Part shown: positions 29,866-40,787 of the stretch, in pieces | Layout of the letters: each line of letters begins with the position of its first letter | Numbering within the stretch: position 1 is the stretch's first letter | DNA from: an uncultured Nitrososphaerota archaeon | GTDB lineage: Archaea > Thermoproteota > Nitrososphaeria > Nitrososphaerales > Gagatemarchaeaceae | Length of the DNA stretch: 64,000 nt | Assembly: GCA_963718895.1 (NCBI GenBank) | Contig: CAVRAG010000003.1 | Location: 1-64,000 of the forward strand | Reading direction: 5' to 3' | Notes under the pieces: model-generated | The model's database searches: none | What the model was told of the DNA's origin: nothing | What the model saw: the letters and a program-made list of their open reading frames with translations, nothing else | Made by a program: the position numbers and the translations under genes

Positions 29866-31229
29866 ATGACCATGGACCTGGCGGTCAGAGAGTACATCCA
29901 CGATAACCAGGACCGGTTTCTGAAGGACATAGCCAGGCTGGTCGCTCAGCCGAGCGTCTCGGCCAGGAACGAAGGGGTCGAGGAGTGCGCCCTCCTCGTC
30001 AAGAGGATGATCGAGGAGATAGGGGGCACGACCAAGATGCTGAAGCTCGAGGGCGCGCCCACCCTCGTCTACGGAGAGGTCGCCTCCAGCTCCAAGAAGA
30101 CGCTGCTCTTCTACAACCACTACGACGTGCAGCCGGTCGAGCCTCTCGAGCTCTGGAAGTCACCGCCGTTCGCGCCGGAGGTCCGCGACGGCAGGATGTA
30201 CGGGAGGGGTGTCTCAGACGACAAGGGCCAGCTCGTCGCCCGCCTCAAGCTGGTCGAGTCCTACGTCAAAGTCCACGGGGAGCCGCCGTGCAACATCAAG
30301 TTCTGCTTCGAGGGCGAGGAGGAGGTTGGGAGCGGACACCTGGACCGGTACGTCGAGACCTACCCCGACCTCTTCAAGTCGGACGCGGTGATCTGGGAGT
30401 ACGGGAAGATCGACGACAAGGGAAGGCCGGTCATCGGCCTCGGCGTCAAGGGCATGATCTACCTGGAGCTCGTCGTGAGGTCCCTGAGCCAGGACGCGCA
30501 CAGCATGTACGCCGCCGCGCTGCCCAACCCGGTCTGGAGGCTCGTTCGCCTGCTGAGCCTGATCAAGGACGAGCGCGAGGTGATCCTCATACCGGGATGG
30601 TACGACAAGGTCCTGCCTCTCGCGGGGGACGAGCTCAAGGTGCTCGAGGAGGAGCCCTCGGAGGCAGAGCACCTCCTCTCAACATACGGCGCGCCGGAGT
30701 TCGCAGGGAAGATGTCGACTGGCCGAGGCGAGGAAGTCCCTCGCTTCCCTCCCGACAGCGAACATCGCAGGCATCTGGGCGGGCTACCAGGGGCCAGGGA
30801 GCAAGACCGTCCTGCCGGCCGAGGTCCACTGCAAGATGGACTTCAGGCTGGTGCCCGACCAGGACCCCGACGAGCTCTTCTCACGTTTCAAGAAGTTCCT
30901 GGCCGACAACGGCTACTCCGACGTTCAGGTCACCGCGGGGACGATGGAACCCGCGGCGAGGACCAGCTACAAGAGCCCGTTGGCTCAGCGCGGCCTCCGA
31001 GGCCGCGGAGGAGGTCTTCAAGACCAAGCCTGTGCTCGAGATATCCAGCGCCGGGACCGGACCTCTCTACGTCTTCACTCGCAGGTACGGGGTCGACGCC
31101 ATCGACATCGGGTTCGCGCCGAACGACGACGCGATCCACGCGCCGAACGAGAACATCAGGCTCGACCTCCTCGAGAAGGGGATGGTGTGGATGGGGGAGA
31201 CGATTGAGAACTTCGTCGCGGGGACCTGA
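29866..31229 (+). CDS. M20 family dipeptidase/deacylase, two frameshifts
   Basis: YNHYDVQP, GRGVSDDKG, EGEEEVGS, DAHS, HAPNEN. Confidence 0.9.
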
Positions 31230-31383
31230 GTCTGCGCCCCGCGCGTCCCTCGAGAGGCGCGCGCCACGAGTATATGAAGGAAGGAATCTTAAACGATGCC
31301 TAAGAATTGCAACGGATGATAGCTTAACCAGCAAACATTATACCCGACCATCAGAGGGTCTTCACCCGCCAGAGATTCCATAA

Positions 31384-32524
31384 ATGATTGTGGGCGTCCC
31401 GAAAGAAACGGCACAGGGTGAAAAGCGAGTCTCTCTCATCCCCGACGGGGTCTCGAAGCTCGCAGGGTCCTCGGTCCTTCTTGAGGCTGGAGCAGGCGAC
31501 TGGGCCGGCTTCCCGGACGCCACATATGTCGAGAAGGGCGCGTCCATAGTCGCCGACGCCGCGGCGCTTTACGGTCAGGCCGACGTCGTGCTGAAGGTCA
31601 CTCCTCCCTCGAAAGCGGAGGCGGGGATGCTGAAGGAGGGGTCCGCGACCATATCGTTCCTCTACCCTCTGGCGAATCTTGAGGCCGTCAGGACGCTCAG
31701 CGCCCGAAAGGCGACCGCCTTCGCCATGGAGCTCATCCCGAGGATCAGCCGCGCCCAGCCGATGGACGCGCTCTCCTCGCAGTCCAACCTCGGCGGCTAC
31801 AAGGCCGTCGCTCTTGGCGGCCGAGGCGCTCCCGCAGATCTTCCCGATGATGATGACCGCCGCCGGTACCATCTCCCCCGCAAGGGTCTTCGTGGTGGGG
31901 GCGGGGGTCGCAGGCCTGCAGGCGATAGCCACGGCCCGGAGACTCGGCGCGGTGCTGGAGGCTTACGACGTACGACCGATAGTGAAGGAGCAGATCGAGA
32001 GCCTCGGGGCGAGGTTCGCCCAGATGCCCGTCGAGACGAAGGACGCGCAGGACGCCGGGGGATACGCCAAGGCCCAGACGCAGGAGTTCTACGCCAAACA
32101 GCAGAAGTTCCTGGCGGAGCGCGCCCAGGTCTCTGACGTGATCATAACGACGGCTCTCATCCCAGGACAGCGGGCTCCGATCCTGATATCGGAGGAGGCG
32201 GTCAAGGGGATGCGGAGCGGCTCCGTGGTCGTCGACATAGCGGCGGAGCAGGGCGGCAACTGTGCGCTCACCGAGCCGGGAAAGACGGTCATCAAGTACG
32301 GCGTGACGATAATCGGCCCGCTGAACCTGCCCTCGACCATGGCTCCGCAGGCGAGCCAGCTATACTCGCGGAACGTAACGTCTTTCCTCTCCAACATGAT
32401 GAAGGACGGCGCTCTGAACATAGACCCGAAGGATGACGTGGTCCGCGGGTCGCTCGTGATCAACAAGGGTGAGGTGGTACACCAGGCGACCAAGGCGGCC
32501 ATCGAGGGGGCCCAGACGAAATGA
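31384..32524 (+). CDS. pntAA: NAD(P) transhydrogenase alpha-1 subunit (domain I), frameshift near 31815
   Basis: IVGVPKE, EKRV, PRISRAQ.MDALSS, GAGVAGLQAI, GGYAK, GGNC. Confidence 0.93.
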
Positions 32525-32823
32525 CGCTGGCCACGACGGACCTCCAGATCAACCTGATAATCTTCATCCTGGCCACCTTCCTGGGCATCGAGCTTGTCCG
32601 GCACGTCTCGCGTCTGCTCCACACCCCGCTGATGGCGCTCACCAACGCGATCTCGTCTGTATCCATCGTCGCGGCCCTGATCGTGCTCGCGGACCCGAAG
32701 GATGACCTGGTGCTCATACTCGCCACGGTTGCAGTCGCGCTCGTCTTCACGAACATCGTGAGCGGGTTCGGGCTCACCGAACGCATACTGAGGCTGTTCA
32801 AGCAGCGGAAGGGGAACAAATGA
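32521..32823 (+). CDS. pntAB: NAD(P) transhydrogenase alpha-2 subunit
   Basis: LHTPLMALTNAISS, N..SGF..T.R.L. Confidence 0.93.
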   Translation: MTLATTDLQINLIIFILATFLGIELVRHVSRLLHTPLMALTNAISSVSIVAALIVLADPKDDLVLILATVAVALVFTNIVSGFGLTERILRLFKQRKGNK

Positions 32824-34209
32824 ACGACACCATCGTCGAGTACCTGTACGTCGTCGCCATCCTATTCTTCGTCCTCTCGCTCAAGTGGCTGAGCGAGGTC
32901 AAGACGTCCAGGTACGGGAACTGGATAGCCGCCTCGGGGATGGCCGTCGCCATAGGAGGAACGCTCCTCGCCTACCAGGTCCAGAGGATCGACCTCCTTA
33001 TCGTCGCCATCGTGGTCGGGGTCATCATCGGGACGCCGATCGCCCTGAAGGTCCCCATGACAGCGGTGCCCCAGAGGACCGCAGCCTCGCACGCCTTCGG
33101 GTCCCTGGCCGTCGCCTTGGTGGGTACCGCCGAGTACTACCAGAGGCTCCCGAACATCGACGTCTTCACTCTCACCGTCCTCTGCGCCGAGATGATCCTT
33201 GGATATCTGACCTTCATGGGCAGCTGCATTGCCTTCGCCAAGCTCCAGGGCCTGATACCCGGGAAGCCGTTCGTATACGGCGGGCGGAACTTCGTGAGCC
33301 TGGCGACGCTCGCTGGTCGCGGTCGCGCTTGCGATCTACCTCATCGCGAACCCGACACATTCGTACGTCCTCCCGTTCATGGCGGGATTCGCGATTCTCT
33401 TCGGATTCCTGCTCGTGATGGCGATTGGCGGAGCAGACATGCCCACCGTGATCGCGATCCTGAACTCCTACGCTGGGATGTCCGCGGCGGCGCTGGGTTT
33501 CGTCCTGAACAACCAGGTACTGATAGTGGCGGGAGCGCTGGACGGGTCCTCGGGGTTCATTCTGGCTGTGATCATGAGCAACGCCATGAACAGGTCCTTC
33601 ACGAACGTACTCTTCGGCGGGGTAGGTGCTGTCAAGGTCGCTGCCTCGGCCGGCCCCGAGGTCGCAGGGGGACGCACCGCCCAAGCTTTCACAGTGGACG
33701 ACGTCGCCACCATCTTGGAGCACGCGAGGTCGGTGGTCTTCGTCCCTGGATACGGGATGGCCGTAGCCCAGGCCCAGCACGTGGTCAAGGAGGTTGCTGA
33801 TATTCTGCAGGCTGACGGCATCGACGTGAAGTACGGCATACACCCGGTGGCGGGCAGGATGCCAGGGCACATGAACGTCCTGCTGGCGGAGGCCCAGGTC
33901 CCCTATGACCAGCTCTGGGAGATGGACCGCATCAACCCGCTGTTCCCCGAGACCGACGTCGCGATTGTAGTGGGGGCGAACGACGTAACCAACCCGGCGG
34001 CGAGGACCAGGCCTGATTCGCCTCTCTTCGGGATGCCGATAATGAACGTGGACAAGGCCAAGACCGTCGTGTTCATCAAGCGCTCGATGAGCCCCGGGTT
34101 CGCCGGGGTGGAGAACGAGCTGTTCTACCTCCCCAACACGATGATGGTCTTCGGGGACGCGAAGAAGGTGCTGGCCGACCTCGTCGCAGCCCTCAAGAAG
34201 CAGCACTGA
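32820..34209 (+). CDS. pntB: NAD(P) transhydrogenase beta subunit, frameshift near 33315
   Basis: IGGADMP, LNSYAG, AMNRS, PGYGMAVAQAQ, HPVAGRMPGHMNVLLAEA, GANDVTNP. Confidence 0.95.
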
Positions 34210-34390
34210 CATAGGGCTCCTCCGGACCCACCAAACCCCTCCCGCCCCGCGCTGGACTCTTGCAGTAGCCTTGCGGCGGTGGTTTTCAGGCTCCAGATAG
34301 TTGGTAAAGTGCTGACTCTGCTTTTATGCCTTTGTAAAGGTTTATATGTGCCAATTTAAGAACGAGCTATCTCTCCGGATTGTATTAGAT

Positions 34391-35329
34391 ATGTCTCGAA
34401 ACCCCAACTTTTCCAGGCTGATGAAGCTGGAGAAGGCTCTCGACAAGTGTCCTAGGTGCGCTCACAGCCCTATGATAATCGACTCCTCAGGTGGAGAGCT
34501 GTTCTGCAGCAACTGCGGCTTCGTCCTCAAGGAGAAGATGGAAGAGGCGGGGCCAGAGTGGCGGTCCTTCTCCAACGAGGAGAAGGACGAGAAGAGCAGG
34601 GTGGGTCTCCCCACATCTGTCGCGATATCCGACATGGGGCTGGCCACGGTCATAGGCGGCGAGAACAGGGACGCCTCGGGCAGGACTCTTTCCGGCTCGA
34701 TGCGGTCCACCGTCGAGCGGCTGAGGACCTGGGACCGGCGCAGCCAGGCGCACGAGTCTGCCGACAGGAACCTCAGACAGGCCTTCAGCGAGTTACACAG
34801 GTACGCGGACAAGCTCACGGTGAACGAGGCGGTCGTCGAGAAGGCGGCCTACATCTATCGCAAGGCCTTCGAGCGCGGGCTCGTGAGGGGCAGGTCGATC
34901 ACGGCCATAACCGTCGCATCGCTCTATGCTGCCTGCAGGGACATGGAGATTCCACGGACGCTCAAGGACATGGCGGCCGTCAGCAACATTAAGAAGAAAG
35001 ACATCGCTCGCTCGTACAGGCTCCTCTTCAGAGAGCTTGACATGCACATGCCGGTCGTCGACCCCGCTCGATGCATATCCAAGATAGCCTCGAGGGCGGG
35101 CATGAAGGAGAAGACACAGAGGAGGGCGCTCGAGATACTGGCGATGGCAGGACCGATGCGCGTCTCGGCGGGCAAGGATCCGATGGGGTTCGCCGCCTCC
35201 GCGCTCTACGTGGCCTGCACCCTGGAAAACGACGGGAAGACCCAGAGGGACATCGCAGAAGCGGCCGGAGTAACCGAGGTCACGATAAGGAACAGGTACA
35301 AGGGCCTCAGGGCCGCCCTGGGCTTCTAG
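34391..35329 (+). CDS. tfb: Transcription initiation factor IIB (paralogue 2)
   Basis: CPRC...CSNCG, GPEWRSF, VRGRS, GKDP, TEVTIRNRYK. Confidence 0.96.
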   Translation: MSRNPNFSRLMKLEKALDKCPRCAHSPMIIDSSGGELFCSNCGFVLKEKMEEAGPEWRSFSNEEKDEKSRVGLPTSVAISDMGLATVIGGENRDASGRTLSGSMRSTVERLRTWDRRSQAHESADRNLRQAFSELHRYADKLTVNEAVVEKAAYIYRKAFERGLVRGRSITAITVASLYAACRDMEIPRTLKDMAAVSNIKKKDIARSYRLLFRELDMHMPVVDPARCISKIASRAGMKEKTQRRALEILAMAGPMRVSAGKDPMGFAASALYVACTLENDGKTQRDIAEAAGVTEVTIRNRYKGLRAALGF

Positions 35330-35460
35330 ACCTTCCGTCCCCTGTCGCTCTTCCGGCAGGTCGCGGAGCCTGCGCGCACCCGCTCAAACGACCCTCGGGT
35401 CATGTGCCCCGAACGCCTTATGAGACCGACGAATGGGATCGTCCCGAACCGGCCAATTCG

Positions 35461-36471
35461 ATGAAAAGGAAGATACTAGCAGCCGCCCTGCTTCTCACTC
35501 TCGTGGTCGCGGGAGTTGCGGGACTTGAGATTGGACCACGCGGCACCACAAGCAGCGGCGCAAGTGCGACGACGAGCATCTCCTCGTCCGCCGTCCAGAT
35601 CTCGACTACCTCTTCGTCGAGCGGCGAGCAGATTGCAGGGGGGCAGATCAGGCACGTCATAGTGATCGTCATGGAGAACGAGGGCTACGGGAGCGTCATG
35701 GGGAACCCATCCGCTCCATACCAGAACCAGCTAGCATCGCGCTATGCGCTCGCAGGCAACTACTTCGCTGTCTCCCACCCCTCTCTGCCGAACTACCTGG
35801 CCCTTGTGGCGGGCGGTACCTTCGGCGTGACCTCCGACTGCCTTCCGTCCCAGTGCTCCCTGCAGGGCACGACGATTGCGAGCCTGCTGGACTCGAAAGG
35901 GCTGTCGTGGAAGGAATACGCGGAATCGATGACGGGCAATTGCTCGCAGACCGACAGCCAGGATGGCCTCTACGTCGCCAAGCACGATCCGTTCGTCTAT
36001 TTCGACGGCATATCTGGTAACTCAGGGTCAGGGCCGGTCTCGGGCTACTGCAACTCACACGTGGTTCCATTCGCGCAGTTCTCGAGTGACTTGGCGTCGT
36101 CGAACCTTCCGAGCTATTCCTTCATCACGCCGAACATCTGCGACGACGCACACAGCTGCGCTATCTCGGCTGGAGACCAATGGCTCTCTGCGGTGGTCCC
36201 CGGGATAATCGGGTCCAGTTCCTTCTCCTCCACAGCACTCTTCATCGTCTACGACGAGGGGAGCAACAACGCGGGGTTCGGTCCGAACTCAGGAGGGCAG
36301 GTCGTCTGCATCCTCGTCTCTCCGTTCGCCAAGCCCGGGTACCTCTCCCAGGCCCAATACTCTCACTACTCGCTCCTCGCGACCGTCGAGGCGTTGCTCA
36401 ACACGGGGAACCTGGGCAGGGACGACGTGAACGCCAGCGTAATGTCGGATCTCTTCTCGCCTACTGCATAG
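35461..36471 (+). CDS. Secreted phosphoesterase (acid phosphatase/PLC family)
   Basis: Signal peptide and Ser/Thr linker; HVIVIVMEN, HPSLPNYLA, KHDPF, TPNICDDAH, YDEG, YSHYSLL. Confidence 0.88.
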   Translation: MKRKILAAALLLTLVVAGVAGLEIGPRGTTSSGASATTSISSSAVQISTTSSSSGEQIAGGQIRHVIVIVMENEGYGSVMGNPSAPYQNQLASRYALAGNYFAVSHPSLPNYLALVAGGTFGVTSDCLPSQCSLQGTTIASLLDSKGLSWKEYAESMTGNCSQTDSQDGLYVAKHDPFVYFDGISGNSGSGPVSGYCNSHVVPFAQFSSDLASSNLPSYSFITPNICDDAHSCAISAGDQWLSAVVPGIIGSSSFSSTALFIVYDEGSNNAGFGPNSGGQVVCILVSPFAKPGYLSQAQYSHYSLLATVEALLNTGNLGRDDVNASVMSDLFSPTA

Positions 36472-36516
36472 GCCTTCCCCGTCCGGGCCCTCGGCGCCAG
36501 AAGAGAAATGTATATT

Positions 36517-36541
36517 AAATGAATGAATCGTTCATTCATTT
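36517..36541. promoter_or_regulatory. Perfect 11-3-11 palindrome, likely TetR operator abutting the TATA box
   Basis: AAATGAATGAA-TCG-TTCATTCATTT overlapping the end of TATATTAA (36511-36518), 11 nt before the tetR ATG. Confidence 0.8.
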
Positions 36542-36552
36542 TGGTTTACCGA

Positions 36553-37173
36553 ATGCCCAAGAGAAGGGTGAATCAGTCACTGCGCGAGGAAAAGTCGGAG
36601 AGAATCCTGGAGGCTGCCCGAACAGTCTTCGCGCGCAAGGGCATGGCGGCGACCATGGCAGAGGTGGCAGAAGAGGCGGGAGTAAGCCAAGGCCTTGCCT
36701 ACCGCTACTTCCCGAGCAAGGATGTGATTGTCGCCACCCTCCTCAAGAAGACCATCCAGTCGAGAGACAGGCTCAACTCGATGGTACGGGAGATACCAGG
36801 CACCCCGGGGGAGCGACTGGGCCATATCATATCTACGATGGTTGACAACAGGCGGAAGCGTCCCGAGTACTATCAGGTGATGTATCAGGGGATGGTCGAC
36901 GAGAAGCTGACGCAAGAGGTTCGGGATGCGATTGCCGAACAGGGTCGGGTTGCCTACGAGATAGTCCGACGGCTCGTGGTCGAGGGCCAGGCGACCGGGG
37001 AGATTGCGAGGGACGATCCTGACAAGCTGGTGACGGCCATATTCGCGTGCCTTGATGGGCTCTCGAGAAGGGTGATGACGCTGCGTGCGGACGAGGTCAG
37101 TGAGATCATGCCGGATGCCGGGATAGTCCTGAGGATGCTCAAGCCGGACTCATCGCAGGTGACCCAGCGTTGA
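36553..37173 (+). CDS. TetR/AcrR family regulator
   Basis: ILEAA..VFARKG..ATMAEVAEEAGVSQGLAYRYFPSK. Confidence 0.93.
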   Translation: MPKRRVNQSLREEKSERILEAARTVFARKGMAATMAEVAEEAGVSQGLAYRYFPSKDVIVATLLKKTIQSRDRLNSMVREIPGTPGERLGHIISTMVDNRRKRPEYYQVMYQGMVDEKLTQEVRDAIAEQGRVAYEIVRRLVVEGQATGEIARDDPDKLVTAIFACLDGLSRRVMTLRADEVSEIMPDAGIVLRMLKPDSSQVTQR

Positions 37174-38342
37174 ACCGGAGGGGCGTCTGCTACGATGTCG
37201 GGCGTGTGCATATGGACGGCAACTGGCGCCCCAAGTTCGACCCCAGGATTGTCCGCCGAGAGCTGGGCATCATAAAGCACGACCTCCACTGCAACGCCGT
37301 CAGAATCCAAGGGCTCGACATTGACAGGCTCATGACCGCGAGCGAGGACGCGCTGTCACAAGGGCTGGAGGTCTGGCTGTCTCCAGAGATGTGGGACAGA
37401 AGCCAGGACGAGACTGGTGAATACGTCGCGAGGGCGGCGGAGCGAGCGGAGGAGCTCCGCCAAAGGTGGCCCGGAAAGCTGGTCTTCAGTGTGGGGTCTG
37501 AGCTGACCCTCTTCTCCCAAGGGATGATCGAGGGCAACAACGTCTTTGACCGGATATCTCGGCCCTCGTTCTGGGGCGACATAATGGCCGGGAAGTACAG
37601 CGGCCCGCTCAATGCGTACCTCTCGAATCTAAGCGAGGCCGCGAGGAAGGCGTTCAACGGCCAGCTAACCTACTTCTCCGTGCCGTTCGAAGCCGTCGAC
37701 TGGAAGCCGTTCGATTTCGTCGGGGTGGACCATTACAGGGACGCACGGATCAAAGACTCCTATGGCCAGATGATAAGCAAGTACAAGGCGTTCGGCAAGC
37801 CCGTCGTCGTGGGGGAGTTCGGGTGCTGCACTTTCCGGGGCGCGGACCTGCTCGGAGCAAATGGCTTCATGATAACCTTCGGGATGATGGAAGGCCTCCT
37901 CGGCCCAAACCAGAAGTTTCCCAAGATGTTCTTGGATATGGCGCATGTCCCGCCCCGAGCCGATGGGCACTACATCCGTGATGAGGAGCTCCAGGCACGC
38001 GAGCTGGTGGATCAGTTGGGGGTGCTTGACGCAGCGGGGGTTGAAGGCGCCTTCGTACAAACCTTCGTTGTTCCCAACTCCCCATACCGCTCGGACCCGA
38101 GGTACGATACCGACATGGCGAACTTCAGCTTGGTGAGGAGCTTGCCCGAGGCAGACACGGAGGAGGAGTTCAGGAGACAGGCCATTAGAGGGGCCAGGGA
38201 GATGATGGGGGTGGACCTCGACCCCCACGTTCTGGATGGCTTCTCAGGTCCGACGGGCGAGCACGGAGTGACATATCCTGACATGCCGTGGGAACCCAAG
38301 AAATCGTTCAAGGCCGTGGCCGACTACTATGCCAAGCACTAG
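37170..38342 (+). CDS. TIM-barrel glycoside-hydrolase-like protein (family often labelled abortive infection protein)
   Basis: GVCYDVG, DLHCNAVRI, GSELT, VDHYRD, GEFGCCT, WEPK; translationally coupled to tetR. Confidence 0.65.
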   Translation: MNRRGVCYDVGRVHMDGNWRPKFDPRIVRRELGIIKHDLHCNAVRIQGLDIDRLMTASEDALSQGLEVWLSPEMWDRSQDETGEYVARAAERAEELRQRWPGKLVFSVGSELTLFSQGMIEGNNVFDRISRPSFWGDIMAGKYSGPLNAYLSNLSEAARKAFNGQLTYFSVPFEAVDWKPFDFVGVDHYRDARIKDSYGQMISKYKAFGKPVVVGEFGCCTFRGADLLGANGFMITFGMMEGLLGPNQKFPKMFLDMAHVPPRADGHYIRDEELQARELVDQLGVLDAAGVEGAFVQTFVVPNSPYRSDPRYDTDMANFSLVRSLPEADTEEEFRRQAIRGAREMMGVDLDPHVLDGFSGPTGEHGVTYPDMPWEPKKSFKAVADYYAKH

Positions 38343-38622
38343 GGTGGGCGTAGCCATCCAAGAGACACGCTCTCAGCCGCGCCTGAGCCGGCATGCCCTC
38401 ATCGGTGGCATCTCCCGGGCGCTGCCGGTCGAGTTCCTCCTCGGACATGTCGTAGCGCAGGCGGATTGGAGAGGCCTCCCGCGTACAGCGTGATCAATGG
38501 CTCGATAAGCTGCATTCCGGGTTCACAAGTCTTAATTTAGTGGTCTTTCCGACTGAAGCAGTCTAACGGTCTTGGGCTTTGGCGATCATCTCGGGATGTT
38601 CCAACAGAAGTAACGGGGTGCA

Positions 38623-39570
38623 TTGACCGCGGACCCCGAAGACGAAAGCCAGGTCGATGTTCCCAAGGGGCTGGGGGAGAGGGCGCGCGAGAGGCTCACT
38701 CTCAGGTATCTCATCTTCGTTCTGCCGGCTGTCGTGTACTCGGTCGGCGTGCTCGTGTATTATGTGGTCTACGGGCGGGTTCTGGAGTTCCTTCCAGCCG
38801 TCTTCCTCCTCGCCCTGGTACCAGTGATTGCGCTGGTAGGCTCTTCGAAGGAGACGGTGAGGCCCTGGATTCCTTTCATCGCCGTGATGCTCTGCTACGA
38901 GGCCCTCCAGGGGACGGTGGGCTCTTACGCTGCCACCAGGGTCCTCTACTCAGTCTATCCCTTGGACAAGGCGCTCTGGGGGTTCAACCTCACCGGGTGG
39001 GTTCAATCGACCTTCTCTTCCTCGGCCATGACTCTGGTCACCTCCTTCTTCTACTCCCTCCACCTGCCGCTAGTGGTCATCGCTTCTCTGGCGCTCTGGC
39101 GCTTCAACAGGCACATCTTCGCGAAATACGTGACCGCGATGGTCCTGACTTCGTATGCTGCGCTGGTCACATTCATCATCCTGCCCACGTCGCCGCCGTG
39201 GTATCTCGGCGTCGCACACGACCTCTTCTACGGAGGCACCTCCTCGGCGCTGCCAAACGGGGTCCTCTACGTGGTCTCGGCGTTCGAGGCCGACAAGTTC
39301 GCCGCGTTCCCCAGCCTCCACGCAGCCTACGCGATCATATTCTCCTATTTCATGATCAAGCTCGACCGTCGACTCGCCTTCATCTCGATTCCGATTACAA
39401 TCGCCATCCTGTTCTCCACCCTGTACCTCGGCCAGCACTATGTCATCGACCTCATGGCAGGAGCGGTGTACGCGCTCGTCCCCTGCCTGATCTCGGAGCG
39501 GTTCCAACTCTTGCCCCACAGAAAGGTCAAGGCCACTGATCACGTCGGCATGATACTGACGCGTGAATGA
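38623..39570 (+). CDS. PAP2/Aur1-like membrane phosphatase or phosphotransferase
   Basis: PTSPPW, AAFPSLHAA, STLYLGQHYVIDL. Confidence 0.85.
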   Translation: MTADPEDESQVDVPKGLGERARERLTLRYLIFVLPAVVYSVGVLVYYVVYGRVLEFLPAVFLLALVPVIALVGSSKETVRPWIPFIAVMLCYEALQGTVGSYAATRVLYSVYPLDKALWGFNLTGWVQSTFSSSAMTLVTSFFYSLHLPLVVIASLALWRFNRHIFAKYVTAMVLTSYAALVTFIILPTSPPWYLGVAHDLFYGGTSSALPNGVLYVVSAFEADKFAAFPSLHAAYAIIFSYFMIKLDRRLAFISIPITIAILFSTLYLGQHYVIDLMAGAVYALVPCLISERFQLLPHRKVKATDHVGMILTRE

Positions 39571-39785
39571 ATCCGCCGTTAGCTCGGGGCCGGAGCCTAC
39601 TCGTTCGGAAGTTGGTCCGCCCTCCCAACATCGTCCGGGGCTTCTGCGACGAACGTGAACGATGCGCTGGAGACAAGCTGCGTCCCCGAATCCGGGTCGG
39701 GCACGTACCTCGGCCGAGCGGATTTCTCTCTGGACCGTTTGTCTTTTGGAAGCATTTAAGAATCCTCCAGACCCTTCGATAGTCC

Positions 39786-39842
39786 GGCGGTGAAGCTCGC
39801 CATTAACCGCTCGCAAACGGATTGTGAGCCGATAGCTTCTAC
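39786..39842 (+). ncRNA. Fluoride (crcB) riboswitch
   Basis: GGCGGTGAAGCTCGCCATTAACCGCTCGCAA...TTGTGAGCCGATAGCTTCTAC: P1 GGCGG/TCGCC, pseudoknot GAAGC/GCTTC, GCTCGCAA/TTGTGAGC stem, just upstream of crcB. Confidence 0.88.
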
Positions 39843-39866
39843 CAAAAAACAGCGAGCGGTCAACAA

Positions 39867-40262
39867 GTGAAGTGGGACATAGTCTGGGATGTAGCGTTGG
39901 TCTCGATAGGTGCCGTAGCGGGAGCGCTCATCCGTTACAGGGTCACGGGCGAAGGCATCTTCGTCTACGGGCTGCCCGTCTCCGTGCTGATGATCAACAT
40001 CGTCGGGAGCTTCATTCTCGGGATGAGCGCAGCGGCCACGATACAGTTCGGGATGGACCCGCGACTGACGCTCTTCGTGGGCATTGGGTTCTGCGGCTCG
40101 CTGACCACAATGTCCACCTTCGCGTTCGAGACGGCCAACCTGATGGACGGAGGCCAGTTCCTGCTGGCTGGAGCAGACGTGTTCCTGAACGTGGGAGCCT
40201 CGATAGGGGCTATCTTCTTAGGGAGGGCTCTGCTGGTTCTGCTCCTTGGAGGCGCAGGCTGA
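39867..40262 (+). CDS. crcB: Fluoride channel Fluc/CrcB
   Basis: GA..GA..RY, N..GSF.LG, GFCGSLTTMSTF..E. Confidence 0.95.
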   Translation: MKWDIVWDVALVSIGAVAGALIRYRVTGEGIFVYGLPVSVLMINIVGSFILGMSAAATIQFGMDPRLTLFVGIGFCGSLTTMSTFAFETANLMDGGQFLLAGADVFLNVGASIGAIFLGRALLVLLLGGAG

Positions 40263-40268
40263 GCGAAG

Positions 40269-40598
40269 ATGCCCACGACCGAACTACCGACAAAGCGAAT
40301 GCTGAAGCTGACGATCAGGATACGGCACAGAGACGAGCACGCTGGGAAACCGATGGTCGACCTCCTTCTCGCGCTGTACAAGAGGAACGGCATCTCCGGC
40401 GCCACCGTCCTTCAGGGGATTCGAGGCTACGGCGCGCGCGGGTCGTCGAGGGCCGACGTTCTGGGTCTTTCGCTGAACCTCCCGGTAGTCATCGAGACGG
40501 TGGACCAACCCGACAGGATAAACGGGGTGCTCTCGGAGGTCAAGGCAATAGTCGGCATGAACGGGCTGATAACCCTAGAGGAAGTCGATGTCGCTTGA
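40269..40598 (+). CDS. DUF190 (PII-like) protein
   Basis: GATVLQGIRGYG, LSLNLPVVIE.VD, GLITLEEV; usual crcB neighbour. Confidence 0.9.
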   Translation: MPTTELPTKRMLKLTIRIRHRDEHAGKPMVDLLLALYKRNGISGATVLQGIRGYGARGSSRADVLGLSLNLPVVIETVDQPDRINGVLSEVKAIVGMNGLITLEEVDVA

Positions 40599-40787
40599 GC
40601 GCGCCTCTGCCAGGCTGCGTGAATCAGCACAGCCCGCGGGACGAGCTTGTTTGCCGAATGAAATGCATCGCCGGGAGGTCAGACCATCTTTCCTTTAGGT
40701 CCAATTATCTGATTCCCCCGGCTTTGCCGATGACGGTTCCCGTCCGGACGCCATCTACCTAGCGCGAGAGTCTTCTGTAGCGCGGCT

